DNA of 64,000 bases from positions 320,001-384,000 of the forward strand of contig OY762069.1 in assembly GCA_963665095.1 (NCBI GenBank), in the 5' to 3' direction. The DNA comes from an uncultured Desulfobacter sp. (GTDB lineage Bacteria; Desulfobacterota; Desulfobacteria; Desulfobacterales; Desulfobacteraceae). Positions 1 to 9,424 of this stretch are shown here, in pieces. Position numbers and translations under genes: made by a program. The notes under the pieces are model-generated. The model saw only the letters and a program-made list of their open reading frames with translations. It searched no databases and had not been told where the DNA came from. Each line of letters starts with the position of its first letter. Within the stretch, counting starts at the first letter, position 1.

Positions 1-4
1 GCTC

Positions 5-63
5 GGCTAACAAGGCTAATCAGCCGACGCAAAAAGCCGCGCGGCTGATTAGCAGCGTTAAAT
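5..63 (+). other. attC-like integron cassette recombination site (59 bp)
   Basis: GGCTAAC (5-11, R''-like) and GTTAAAT (57-63, GTTRRRY R'); perfect inner inverted repeat GCTAATCAGCCG (15-26)/CGGCTGATTAGC (42-53), stem continues CGC/GCG with unpaired base 27. Confidence 0.75.
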
Positions 64-172
64 TTTACACTTTAAAAAGTTGATTCTGATTTGCATCCCC
101 ACCTGTTGAATATGTCTATGAAAAAACTCTATTGGTCCGAAAAACCCCATGAGCACTGGCGTTTCTATTGTT

Positions 173-197
173 GGGGATTGGAATCACCCCAATCCCC
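173..197. terminator. GC-rich hairpin downstream of the recombinase pseudogene
   Basis: GGGGATTGG (173-181)/CCAATCCCC (189-197); no clear U-tract. Confidence 0.3.
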
Positions 198-211
198 TTC
201 GATTTTTACCG

Positions 212-1040
212 GTAAATATTCTCAATCCATACATGGCCTCGGTGTCGCTGATTTTTCCAAGATACCTCTGGGTGGTGGACAGGTTAGAGTGCCGGAGGAT
301 AATTTTTGAAACGATTTCAATCGGAACTCCTGATCGGCTGGCATAAGTGGCTGCATGCCGTCTAAGATCATGTGGCTTTACATCAATTCCGATTTTCTTG
401 CCGGCGCTTTTAACAATCTCTCTGGCCCGGGTATATCCCAGAGGGAAAATACGCTCATCATCCAGGAAATTTTCAGCGGCAATATAATCACGCAGCCGGT
501 CTGCCACCTTTTGGGGAATAAAAACAACTTCGGAGGTACGGCCACTCTTTGGATTGGGCAAATGAAGTTTTCGATCCTGGACATCCTGAGGCTTCAATTT
601 CAGAACTTCACCGATCCTCATTCCACCCCTTGCCATCAGTTCAAGCATCAGTCGGTTTCTGGGGCTCTCTGTTTTGAAAATGAATTCATCAACGGCATCT
701 CGTTCCAAAATTGTCCAGGGTGACAACTTCGAAACTCGAAATGTTTTTTGATAGGACAGCAGAGTCGCATGGATTGGGAAGATCGGGCACGGCAGTATTT
801 TTGACAAAATTGAAGAGGCTTTTGAGAAGGGAATATTTGAGTTTCTTGGTTGAGGGTTTCAGGCCTTCAGTGATTTTTACCAGAAACTCCATGATTTCAT
901 CCGGCGTTATTTCCGATACATCCCGCCTGCCGAAGTGCTTTTGGAAGACCGCTAAGAAATACCGATAGTTTTGGATGGTGTTTTTTTGAATTGAGTTCTT
1001 GATACGCCAGAAAATTTTTGATTGCCTGTGACATTTTCAT
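212..1040 (-). pseudogene. XerC/D-like tyrosine recombinase with N-terminal SAM-like domain, three frameshifts
   Basis: Joined frames read MKMSQAIKNFLAYQELNSKK/NTIQNYRYFL...PNPCDSAVL/QKTFRVSK...GGMRIGEVL...HDLRRH...LRHSNLSTTQRYLG...EAM/WIENIYR*; catalytic R, HxxR, H and Y present; frame breaks near 985 (A7 run), 751 and 231. Confidence 0.85.
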
Positions 1041-1269
1041 GATGATGCTCTCCGTTAAAGATGTTGGAATCATCCTGATTGTCAGGGCCGTCTTGAAAAT
1101 GCAGCCAAATCCCCGGTTTGAAAATGTATGTTCTTAGCTGGTTTTTCTTCTCTTAAAAATCAAATTTAAAAATTTCGTCTTCTTCATTTTTTTCCTTTCT
1201 TTGCCCTCTGCTTTTTTCCGTACATACTGATCTTATTCATGTCTGATTTGAATCGGAGGCAATATGTAG

Positions 1270-1836
1270 ATGGGACTACTCAAGAAAAGAAGGTGCCGAA
1301 ATTGTAGAAGATTATTCGCTCCTAATCCAAGAAATATAGACTCTCAAAAATACTGTTCCAGATCTGAGTGCAGAAAAGCCAGCAAAAGGTGCAGCCAGAA
1401 AAAATGGCTGAACAAGCCTGAAAATCGAAACTACTTTTGTGGGCCTGCCCATGTTGAACGTGTTCAGGAATGGAGAAAGAAGAATCCCGGATATTGGAAG
1501 AAGACCAAAAGCCCAGATACGTTACAAGACTCGATATTGCCCCAACAGGCTGAAAATAAACAGGATTCAACGCAATTCATGGACAATGCGTTACAAGATT
1601 TCTTACGGGCGCAACCTCCTGTCATTATAGGGTTAATCGCCAACTTTACAGGCAGTGCGTTACAAGATGACATCGCTTCCACGCTCCTTCGTATGAAAAA
1701 ATACGGGCAAGACATTTTATGTTCACAACCCCAAAAAGAAGGAGAGCAAAATGATTGCAAAGGCCCCCATTTTACCATCCAGGGTTCGAAAAACACCCCA
1801 AAGCTTCAGTTGGATCGATCATCGCCTGGTGCGTGA
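1270..1836 (+). CDS. Cys-rich (putative Zn-binding) hypothetical protein carried by the IS21 element
   Basis: 188 aa, GGAGG RBS upstream, CRNC...YCSRSEC motif, basic N-terminus; lies inside the IRs. Confidence 0.7.
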   Translation: MGLLKKRRCRNCRRLFAPNPRNIDSQKYCSRSECRKASKRCSQKKWLNKPENRNYFCGPAHVERVQEWRKKNPGYWKKTKSPDTLQDSILPQQAENKQDSTQFMDNALQDFLRAQPPVIIGLIANFTGSALQDDIASTLLRMKKYGQDILCSQPQKEGEQNDCKGPHFTIQGSKNTPKLQLDRSSPGA

Positions 1837-2137
1837 ACGGCACATTGACAGGTGTACACACTCCCAGTCCGCCCTATATCTGTTTCTGGTGTGTGTGGCC
1901 GACAGTCAAGGCATCAGCTACTATGGAGATAAGGCGATCATGGATCGGCTGTGCATGGATTCTGATGGCCTGAAGACAGCACGTTCCGGGTTAATACAGA
2001 ATGGGCTGATTGCCTGGCAGAGACCTATTTACCAGGTGCTTGCCCTTGACCCTGCTCCTGGTAAATCAAAACGGCACGGCTCCATGCTGCGTCTTTCAGA
2101 TATTCTAAAAGCAGCAGCGGAGGGCAACCATGATTGA
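1751..2137 (+). CDS. Small putative winged-HTH protein carried by the IS21 element
   Basis: 128 aa, GGAG RBS, ALYLFLVCVAD..G.SYY pattern resembling HTH/replication-initiator N-terminal domains; overlaps istA start. Confidence 0.7.
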   Translation: MIAKAPILPSRVRKTPQSFSWIDHRLVRERHIDRCTHSQSALYLFLVCVADSQGISYYGDKAIMDRLCMDSDGLKTARSGLIQNGLIAWQRPIYQVLALDPAPGKSKRHGSMLRLSDILKAAAEGNHD

Positions 2138-3605
2138 TTACGAAACCTATGTTCAAATCAGAAATTACTTTACCCGAGACGGCCTGACATACAGCCAGAT
2201 TGCCAATGCCCTTGATCTGGACCCCAGGACAGTTGCCAGGTGGGCCAACCTGAAAAGGTACCAGCCCAGACAGTCAGCCCCCAGAGAAAGCAAGCTTGAT
2301 CCGTATAAGAACGCCATCCTGCATATGCTTGAAAAACATCCCTACAGTTCCCGCCAGATATTTCAACGAATCACCCAGGATGGTTTTGCCGGGGGCATCA
2401 CCATTGTTGAGGATTATGTCAGGAAGGTGCGGCCGCCCAAAACAAAGGCGTATTTGAAACTGAGTTTTGCTCCGGGTGAAGCTGCCCAGGTGGACTGGGG
2501 TTCTTATAGTACAGTAAGGGTGGGCAACACGACCCGGCGGTTGAGCTTTTTTGTGATGGTGATGTGCCACAGCCGCATGATGTACGTTGAGTTCACGGTC
2601 TCCCAGACCATGGAGCATTTTTTAGGCTGCCACCAGAATGCATTTGAGTTTTTTGGAAAGGTGCCGGAAAAGGTCATGGTGGACAATCTCAAATCCGCTG
2701 TTCTAAAAAGACTGCTGGGGAAAGCCCCGGTCTTCAACCCCAGATACCTTGATTTTGCAGATTATTACGGATTTACAATTGTTCCCTGTAATGTGCGCAA
2801 GGGTAATGAAAAAGGCCGGGTTGAAAATGCTGTGGGCTATGTCAAAAAGAATCTGCTCAACGGTCTTGAAATCCCTGATTTTAAGATCATGGAGCCCACC
2901 TGCAAACACTGGCTTGATACTGTCGCCAATGTCAGAACCCACGGAGAGACCGGTCAAAAGCCCGCAGAGATGTATGCCCTGGAATTGCCCCACCTATACC
3001 CTCTGCCGTCAGAACCCTATGATATCGGTGTGGTAAAGCAGGTACGGGCTTCAAGACAGTACAGGGTAGTCATCGATACAAATGCTTACACAGTACCCGC
3101 CCAGCTGGCAGGGGTGGCTTTGACTGCCAAGCTTTACCCTGATCGGATCTGCTTTTACCATGAAGACAAGTTGGTTGCCCGCCATGTCAGATCCTATGGC
3201 CGCAAAAACGACCTTGAAGATCCTGATCACTCTAAAATCCTTTTGAGCCAGCGCAAAAAGGCCAGAGACCAGGCAATTTATATGCGTTTTTTAAGCCTCT
3301 CTGACAAGGCCCGGGAGTATTACAGGCAATTGCAGAACAGGCGGCTTAACGCCTCCCATCATGTACGGCAAATCGTGGCCTTGAGTGAAATCTACTCCCG
3401 GGAACAAGTTGCCATGGCCATTGAAGATGCCTTTAAGTTCTCTGCATTCTCATGTGAATACATCGCCAACCTCCTTGAGCAGCGGGTTCGGTCTCCCCAG
3501 GAGCCCGGAGCCCTGCATGTTACACATAAAGCAGATTTACTGAACCTGACAATCCAGGAGCCTGATCTTAATATTTATACCGCCATAGGAGATAAAAATG
3601 CCTGA
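2130..3605 (+). CDS. istA: IS21 transposase IstA
   Basis: N-terminal HTH, PGEAAQVDWG, VDNLKSAV, EKGRVENAVGYVK (DDE), RTHGETG. Confidence 0.95.
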   Translation: MIDYETYVQIRNYFTRDGLTYSQIANALDLDPRTVARWANLKRYQPRQSAPRESKLDPYKNAILHMLEKHPYSSRQIFQRITQDGFAGGITIVEDYVRKVRPPKTKAYLKLSFAPGEAAQVDWGSYSTVRVGNTTRRLSFFVMVMCHSRMMYVEFTVSQTMEHFLGCHQNAFEFFGKVPEKVMVDNLKSAVLKRLLGKAPVFNPRYLDFADYYGFTIVPCNVRKGNEKGRVENAVGYVKKNLLNGLEIPDFKIMEPTCKHWLDTVANVRTHGETGQKPAEMYALELPHLYPLPSEPYDIGVVKQVRASRQYRVVIDTNAYTVPAQLAGVALTAKLYPDRICFYHEDKLVARHVRSYGRKNDLEDPDHSKILLSQRKKARDQAIYMRFLSLSDKAREYYRQLQNRRLNASHHVRQIVALSEIYSREQVAMAIEDAFKFSAFSCEYIANLLEQRVRSPQEPGALHVTHKADLLNLTIQEPDLNIYTAIGDKNA

Positions 3606-4332
3606 TCTTGAGAAATGCCTGTCCCACTTAAAACTACCTTATATCAGGGAAAACTATGAGTCAGTGGCTACCCTGGCTGCCCAGAAGCAATGGAGCCACG
3701 TTCAATATCTATCAGAGCTTGCCAGGCATGAATCACTACTGCGCCATGATAAAACCATCCAGCGCCGTATCCGTATGGCCAAGTTCCCGGTAATCAAAAC
3801 CCTGGACCAGTTCAACTGGTCATGGCCCAGAAAAATCAATCAGGCTCAGATCCAGAATCTGTTCAGACTCAAGTTCATTGAAGAAAAGGGTAACATTATC
3901 GTGATCGGCCCGGTCGGTGTTGGGAAAACACATATTGCGACTGCTTTAGGTTACCAGGCCTGCCTGAAAAACCATACGGTTCTGTTCTCTTCTGCCATTG
4001 ATATCGTCAACAATCTGGTGGCAGCCCAGAAGGCGGGTCAGTTAAAGCAGGAACTGAGAAAATACCTCAAGCCAACTTTGTTGATCATGGATGAACTGGG
4101 CTACCTGCCCATTGACAAGATTGGGGCAGACCTGTTGTTCCAAATTATCAGTCAGCGCTATGAGCAAGGAGCCATCATAATAACCACAAACCGGGTGTTC
4201 AAAGATTGGCCGGAGATCTTCAACAATGACATGACATTAACATCAGCTTTGCTGGACAGGCTTCTTCACCACACCGAGCCTGTGGTCATTGAGGGTAAGA
4301 GTTTTAGAATGAAAGATGTGACGGAAGAATAA
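3598..4332 (+). CDS. istB: IS21 ATPase IstB
   Basis: Walker A GPVGVGKT, Walker B LLIMDELGYLP, LLDRLLHH, IEGKSFR. Confidence 0.95.
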   Translation: MPDLEKCLSHLKLPYIRENYESVATLAAQKQWSHVQYLSELARHESLLRHDKTIQRRIRMAKFPVIKTLDQFNWSWPRKINQAQIQNLFRLKFIEEKGNIIVIGPVGVGKTHIATALGYQACLKNHTVLFSSAIDIVNNLVAAQKAGQLKQELRKYLKPTLLIMDELGYLPIDKIGADLLFQIISQRYEQGAIIITTNRVFKDWPEIFNNDMTLTSALLDRLLHHTEPVVIEGKSFRMKDVTEE

Positions 4333-4431
4333 CAAAGCCGAGGCCGGTCTACATGCATCTGGAGGCCGGCCCTTTAATCGCCTACATTTTTAAACCGGGA
4401 GATTTATGACATGTTCACGCCCCGCCTGACA

Positions 4432-4874
4432 CTTCTGCCATTGATATCGTCAACAATCTGGTGGCAGCCCAGAAGGCGGGTCAGTTAAAGCAGGAACTGA
4501 GAAAATACCTCAAGCCAACTTTGTTGATCATGGATGAACTGGGCTACCTGCCCATTGACAAGATTGGGGCAGACCTGTTGTTCCAAATTATCAGTCAGCG
4601 CTATGAGCAAGGAGCCATCATAATAACCACAAACCGGGTGTTCAAAGATTGGCCGGAGATCTTCAACAATGACATGACATTAACATCAGCTTTGCTGGAC
4701 AGGCTTCTTCACCACACCGAGCCTGTGGTCATTGAGGGTAAGAGTTTTAGAATGAAAGATGTGACGGAAGAATAACAAAGCCGAGGCCGGTCTACATGCA
4801 TCTGGAGGCCGGCCCTTTAATCGCCTACATTTTTAAACCGGGAGATTTATGACATGTTCACGCCCCGCCTGACA
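4432..4874 (+). repeat. 443-bp tandem duplication of 3989-4431 (istB 3' half plus second IRR)
   Basis: CTTCTGCCATTG...CCCGCCTGACA repeated directly after the first IRR; the ORF track shows an identical IstB C-terminal peptide. Confidence 0.95.
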
Positions 4875-4966
4875 TCCTGATGGATCAGGACAAAGACAGT
4901 ATACAAAATTTCCGGGGTAAAAAGCTGGGATTTTTCAGAAACACTCGGGAAATGCTTGCACAGTGT

Positions 4967-5218
4967 TTAATTTTTTTTCTTCATATCGGCTTCTGCAAGT
5001 TTGCTAAGTTGTGCAAAACCCATGAGTTTGTTTGTCGCAAGTCCATTTTCGGTAATTAGACTCAAATCTGTTGAAATTGCTTGCAGGCAAGCTGCAACAG
5101 TTATTTTATGACATTTATCAAAAATTTCACATTTCAGACATTTGTACGGTGCTTCACCATGGAGCACATCTTCAGCTTGTTGACCAAAACATTTTTTAGA
5201 ATCCCACTCATTTTTCAT
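4967..5218 (-). CDS. Small Cys-rich hypothetical protein
   Basis: 83 aa, GAGGTG RBS, CLKCEIFDKC motif. Confidence 0.55.
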   Translation of the reverse strand: MKNEWDSKKCFGQQAEDVLHGEAPYKCLKCEIFDKCHKITVAACLQAISTDLSLITENGLATNKLMGFAQLSKLAEADMKKKN

Positions 5219-5242
5219 GATGGCACCTCAATACTTTTTTCA

Positions 5243-5476
5243 TTAAGTCTCCTCGTTGTCATATGTTATGTTTAGATCCCGGGCCAATATCAGGAGTCCG
5301 TATTTCTTTCCGAGTCCGTTTATTTTGTCATGAGTGTTTTTACCGAATATTTCTCCAGTAAGAATCAAACAATTTTTTATTTCATCCGATAACTCAAAGG
5401 ACGCATACTCTGCACCGTCAATCATCTTTGCAGCCAAAATGAATTTATTTATCGTATTTTGAAGTTCAGCGTTCAT
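5243..5476 (-). CDS. Small hypothetical protein
   Basis: 77 aa, ATG start, co-oriented just upstream of 4967-5218. Confidence 0.5.
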   Translation of the reverse strand: MNAELQNTINKFILAAKMIDGAEYASFELSDEIKNCLILTGEIFGKNTHDKINGLGKKYGLLILARDLNITYDNEET

Positions 5477-5694
5477 TTATTTCATTTTCCTAAAAGATCA
5501 GCGTATCATAATTATTTCAAATGATCTCAATCAATCGGATTGATTATCCTTGCTGTAGCACAAATAGCAAGGATAATTTTGAATTTTACATAGGGTTCAA
5601 TGGTTTTGGCATTCCTGTCTGGCAAAAGTCCGGTAAATGTCTTTAAAAATACCATTATTGTGGACCTTGGTATTACTTGCTTTTGTCATGGATA

Positions 5695-6108
5695 TTACAT
5701 GTTGTTTTGATTTGGCAATTGGTCGAATTTGGCAACCTTTTCCAAATTATTGTCCCAATTTGCTTTGTTCCTCCAATAAATATGGCCTTGAGGTTCCATT
5801 TGCACATCACTGTCAAGACTTCCGGCTGGAACAACCAACAGATCTCCATCCATCTGTATATTGGGAAGAGCTGATCCACAATTCGAGCAAAAGCTTTTTA
5901 TATGCCCCTCTGATTTGAAATCAAAGGTTTTAGCTTTATCTTTGCCCGATAGCCATATTAACTTAGCTGAAGAAGAAAATAAATTAGCAGCATGTGCTGA
6001 GCCAGTATCTTTTCTACAACGTTCGCAATGGCAAAGAAAAAAGCTTTCAAATTCTCCGATTATTTCAAAAGTAATTTCACCACAAAGGCAAGATCCTTTA
6101 TACTTCAT
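5695..6108 (-). CDS. GFA (Mss4-like, glutathione-dependent formaldehyde-activating) family protein
   Basis: GSCLCG, CHCERCRK, FCSNCGS motifs; ATG at 6108 with AGGGG RBS. Confidence 0.9.
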   Translation of the reverse strand: MKYKGSCLCGEITFEIIGEFESFFLCHCERCRKDTGSAHAANLFSSSAKLIWLSGKDKAKTFDFKSEGHIKSFCSNCGSALPNIQMDGDLLVVPAGSLDSDVQMEPQGHIYWRNKANWDNNLEKVAKFDQLPNQNNM

Positions 6109-6425
6109 AACATCCCCTAAATTCTGTTTAATTTTAGTGTTTCGATATAGAATCAATTTTTAAGAGGCTTTCTTTTTAACCTTCAGTCAATTGGAGAATA
6201 TCCTGATTATCGCCTGGGTCGCAACGGGAAATTTGAATCCACGAAGCATAATTTATAGGACGTTACTTTGATCTATTATTAGTCATGGCATCAGAATTTC
6301 AAATAGCCCGGTTTAATACCATAAATCAACGCAACTATTCGATTTGCTTGAAACCAATGAAGATGTTAAAATACGATTTCATTTTCTGTAAAAAGAATAC
6401 CATTTTAAATCTTGGGAGGAGAAGA

Positions 6426-8150
6426 ATGTTAAATCGCATTTCTATCAAACAACGTATGTTTTTGATCATTGCTTTGTTTTTTGTCCTATTTGTAGGAATG
6501 GTCTGGTTTTCAATCAATGGCTCCAACAATGTCAGGGACATTGCTGTTTCTGATGTTGCCAAAGTAATGCTTGAGGACCAAAAGGACAAATTGAAGGTGG
6601 CTACACACTCAACAGCCCTGGCGATTGGTGCAAGTATTAAGGCCTTGGAGGATGGACAAAATAAGATTGAAGCCATTCGCTTGGCAGTGGATAAGATTCG
6701 GTTTGAAGAAGATAAATCCGGATACTACTTTGTTTACCAGAACACTACGAATGTTGCCCTCCCTCCTAAAAAGGAATTGCAAGGAAAGGATCTTAAAGAT
6801 TTAAAAGATAAGAATGATGTTTACCTGGTTCGGGACTTGAGGGATAAATCCAAAGCTGGCGGGGGTTTTGTGCAATATATTTGGCCGAAACCCGGAGCTG
6901 GTGATGTGCCTAAATTAAGTTATGCAGAGATGATTCCCGGAACAGATTTTTGGATAGGAACAGGGGTGTATTTGGATAACATAGACGCATACATAGCGGC
7001 TATGGAAACAAACATCGGTGAAAAGGTTAAGTCTATGAGAATCCAAATGCTGGGTACCACGGGCCTCCTTTTTACCGCCATCGCAGTGTTATGCCTTTTT
7101 ATTGTCTTTGGTATCACCAAATCCTTGGGGAGCATGATTTTGAGCGTCCAGGATATTGCCGAGGGCGAAGGAGACCTAACAAAACGGGTCGAGATCAATT
7201 CAAGAGATGAGTTGGGAGAGCTTGCAAAATGGCTCAACCTTTTTCTGGAAAAACTTCAAGATATCATTAAACAGATTTCAAAAGAATCCTTTGGGGTCGA
7301 TGAGTCATCCAATGAGCTTACAGATATATCCGACGCTATGACCAATGTGGCGCAAAACACATCAAATCAGGCCGATAGGGTAGCCTCTGCCTCTGAGGAG
7401 ATGAGTTCCAGCCTTAACAGTGTTGCGGCTGCCATGGAAGAATCCTCTCAAAATGTAAACCTGGTGGCTTCTGCCGCAGAGGAGATGAATTCCACGATAA
7501 ATGAAATTGCAGGTAATGCAGAAAAGACCAGAGGAACTTCAGAAAACGCTTCTTTAAAAGCGGCCGAGGCTGGGAAGATGATAAAAGACCTTAGCGATGC
7601 CGCAAAGTCAATCGGACAGGTTACGGAAACGATCACAGACATTTCCAATCAGACCAACCTGTTGGCGCTGAACGCCACGATTGAGGCTGCCAGAGCTGGA
7701 GAATCTGGAAAAGGGTTCGCAGTTGTGGCAAATGAAATTAAAGATCTGGCGAGTCAAACAGCAGATGCAACGCTTAACATAAAAAAGCAGATTGAAAATG
7801 TTCAAACAGTTTCTGCCTCTACAGCAACCTCCATCAATGAGGTAATTAAAGTTATAGACGAAGCTAAGGAGATGATATCCACTATTGCGGCGGCTGTAAC
7901 CCAACAATCGGCTGCCACGCAGGAAATCTCCAGCAATATTGAGCAACTCTCTTTGGGAATACAGGAAGTGAATGAAAATGTAAGCCAGAGTTCCATGGTC
8001 GCAACTAAAATATCAGAAGACATATCAAATGTTAATTCTGCATCCACAGAAATGACCTCCAGTAGTGAAACTGTGAGAGATAGTGCGGGTCAATTAAAGG
8101 AGATGGCCAAAAAGCTCAAGGCTATTGTTGACACCTTTATAGTTGAATAA
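6426..8150 (+). CDS. Methyl-accepting chemotaxis protein with single Cache domain and HAMP
   Basis: TM-Cache (YIWPKP, WIGTGVY)-[37 protein letters not shown]; start chosen by GGAGGA RBS. Confidence 0.93.
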   Translation: MLNRISIKQRMFLIIALFFVLFVGMVWFSINGSNNVRDIAVSDVAKVMLEDQKDKLKVATHSTALAIGASIKALEDGQNKIEAIRLAVDKIRFEEDKSGYYFVYQNTTNVALPPKKELQGKDLKDLKDKNDVYLVRDLRDKSKAGGGFVQYIWPKPGAGDVPKLSYAEMIPGTDFWIGTGVYLDNIDAYIAAMETNIGEKVKSMRIQMLGTTGLLFTAIAVLCLFIVFGITKSLGSMILSVQDIAEGEGDLTKRVEINSRDELGELAKWLNLFLEKLQDIIKQISKESFGVDESSNELTDISDAMTNVAQNTSNQADRVASASEEMSSSLNSVAAAMEESSQNVNLVASAAEEMNSTINEIAGNAEKTRGTSENASLKAAEAGKMIKDLSDAAKSIGQVTETITDISNQTNLLALNATIEAARAGESGKGFAVVANEIKDLASQTADATLNIKKQIENVQTVSASTATSINEVIKVIDEAKEMISTIAAAVTQQSAATQEISSNIEQLSLGIQEVNENVSQSSMVATKISEDISNVNSASTEMTSSSETVRDSAGQLKEMAKKLKAIVDTFIVE

Positions 8151-8183
8151 GCAAATCAAAACTGTTATATTTTTACGTATACT

Positions 8184-8224
8184 TGCAGCCATTGACTTAA
8201 TTTTCAGTGGCTGCAGTCTCTTTT
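8184..8224 (+). terminator. Probable intrinsic terminator after MCP
   Basis: TGCAGCCATTGA/TCAGTGGCTGCA stem followed by T-rich run. Confidence 0.55.
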
Positions 8225-8340
8225 AGCAACCACTGAAACGATGTAAAATAAAATCGTCAATTACCTGGGGAATCGAAATTTTTCGAGTAAATTTGAAACG
8301 CCAGTAAGGGGTTGACTATATAGACATATCTGTCGCTTTG

Positions 8341-8973
8341 CTATTCCTCAGAAATATCATTATCCGGATAATATTTTTCCAAACAGTCGTCGCATATCCC
8401 GTGACTGAACTCTGCTTCAGAATGATCATGGATATAGGATTCAATCTGGGTCCAATACCCTTTATCATCACGAATTTTTTTGCAATGCGAACAGATGGGC
8501 AAAAGACCACTTAAAGTCTTAACCTTTTCCTGTGCTCTTTTAAGCGAAGTGATATCTTCTAATATTATAATGATTCCATCAAATTTGCCGCTTATATCTA
8601 AACTTTTAGAGAACTTTATGCTGTAGATAAAGGATTGTTGATTTAAGGCAATTTGTTTTTCGAATATCAATGAATCAAGATTGTTGTCTACATAATTATT
8701 AATTTCATGTTCAAGCCACGGCAAAAGTTCAGACAGAGCTGCTCCACCAAAACATGAAGGATCTATATGCTTATCTTCATCCAGATGTTGCTCTATTTCC
8801 AACTGGCGATCTCTACTTAGACAGTAATATTGAGACCCTGGTAAAATATTTGTTTTAAATAATTCAGCAGCCAAAAGGTTCATGTTATCAATCTTTTTCG
8901 CACGATTCAGAATTATCACTGGATTTGGTATACTTTCAAATATGGTCAGATATTTATTTTTTTCATTCGTCAT
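8341..8973 (-). pseudogene. 3' part of PAS-domain sensor gene interrupted by a transposon
   Basis: PAS-like IFESIPNPVIILN...EDITSLK and C-terminal LPICSHCKKIRDDKGYW...SHGICDDC motif; joins in frame to 12515-13035 when 8974-12514 and one GTCAT are removed (383 codons). Confidence 0.88.
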
Positions 8974-9050
8974 TGAGAGGAAGCACGATAATCAATGGAG
9001 CGACAATCAGGATAAATCAGGGAAAGGCATAACTGTATTTTCAATGATTA

Positions 9051-9248
9051 GCAGATGTCGCTGCGCTCCGACTGATTTTATTGGGTTTTTTAAGGCATGA
9101 GCAGGAAAGCTTGAATAATACAGAAAGGGGAAGCAGGTCAACCCCGCTTCCCCCGGCGCATTATTCAATGCTACCTGCTTTTGGCTATCCCTTGCCGGGT
9201 TTCCTCCCCAGGATGTCCCGGCTCCGTTTCACCAAAACCATAAAATTC
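9051..9248 (-). ncRNA. Putative structured RNA element, copy 1 (3' end of transposon A)
   Basis: Nested stems, homologous to 13285-13475 with compensatory and G-U changes; see findings. Confidence 0.6.
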
Positions 9249-9413
9249 ATTTTCTCTTTGTTCCTCTTGTTTGATCTCCAGCAATTCTGTCAAAAGATGA
9301 TTTTCCGAGTTTATTTTTTTTAAACTGACAAGGATCAACTCCATGACCAGATTGCCCAGCTCGTCGACAATTTCAGCCATTGTTTTTTCAAGTTGTGTTT
9401 CATTGATTGTCAT
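9171..9413 (-). CDS. Small acidic hypothetical protein in transposon A
   Basis: 80 aa, GAGG RBS directly after the ATPase stop; its 3' end runs into the structured element. Confidence 0.45.
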   Translation of the reverse strand: MTINETQLEKTMAEIVDELGNLVMELILVSLKKINSENHLLTELLEIKQEEQRENEFYGFGETEPGHPGEETRQGIAKSR

Positions 9414-9424
9414 TTTTATACCTC

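Larger units (their letters stand above)
1080..4431 (+). mobile_element. IS21-family insertion sequence with two accessory ORFs upstream of istAB
   Basis: IRL TGTCAGGGCCGTCTTGAAAATG...CCCGGTTTGAAAATGTA vs reverse complement of IRR TGTCAGGCGGGGCGTGAACATG...CCCGGTTTAAAAATGTA; 7-bp TSD TCCTGAT at 1073-1079 and 4875-4881 (after the duplicated end). Confidence 0.93.

Noticed and set aside
184..1040. Calling the recombinase an integron integrase (intI)
   Set aside because: It lacks the IntI-specific insertion before the HxxR box, and no attI was recognisable.
4461..4775. Second istB gene
   Set aside because: Only the duplicated 3' half; it lacks Walker A.
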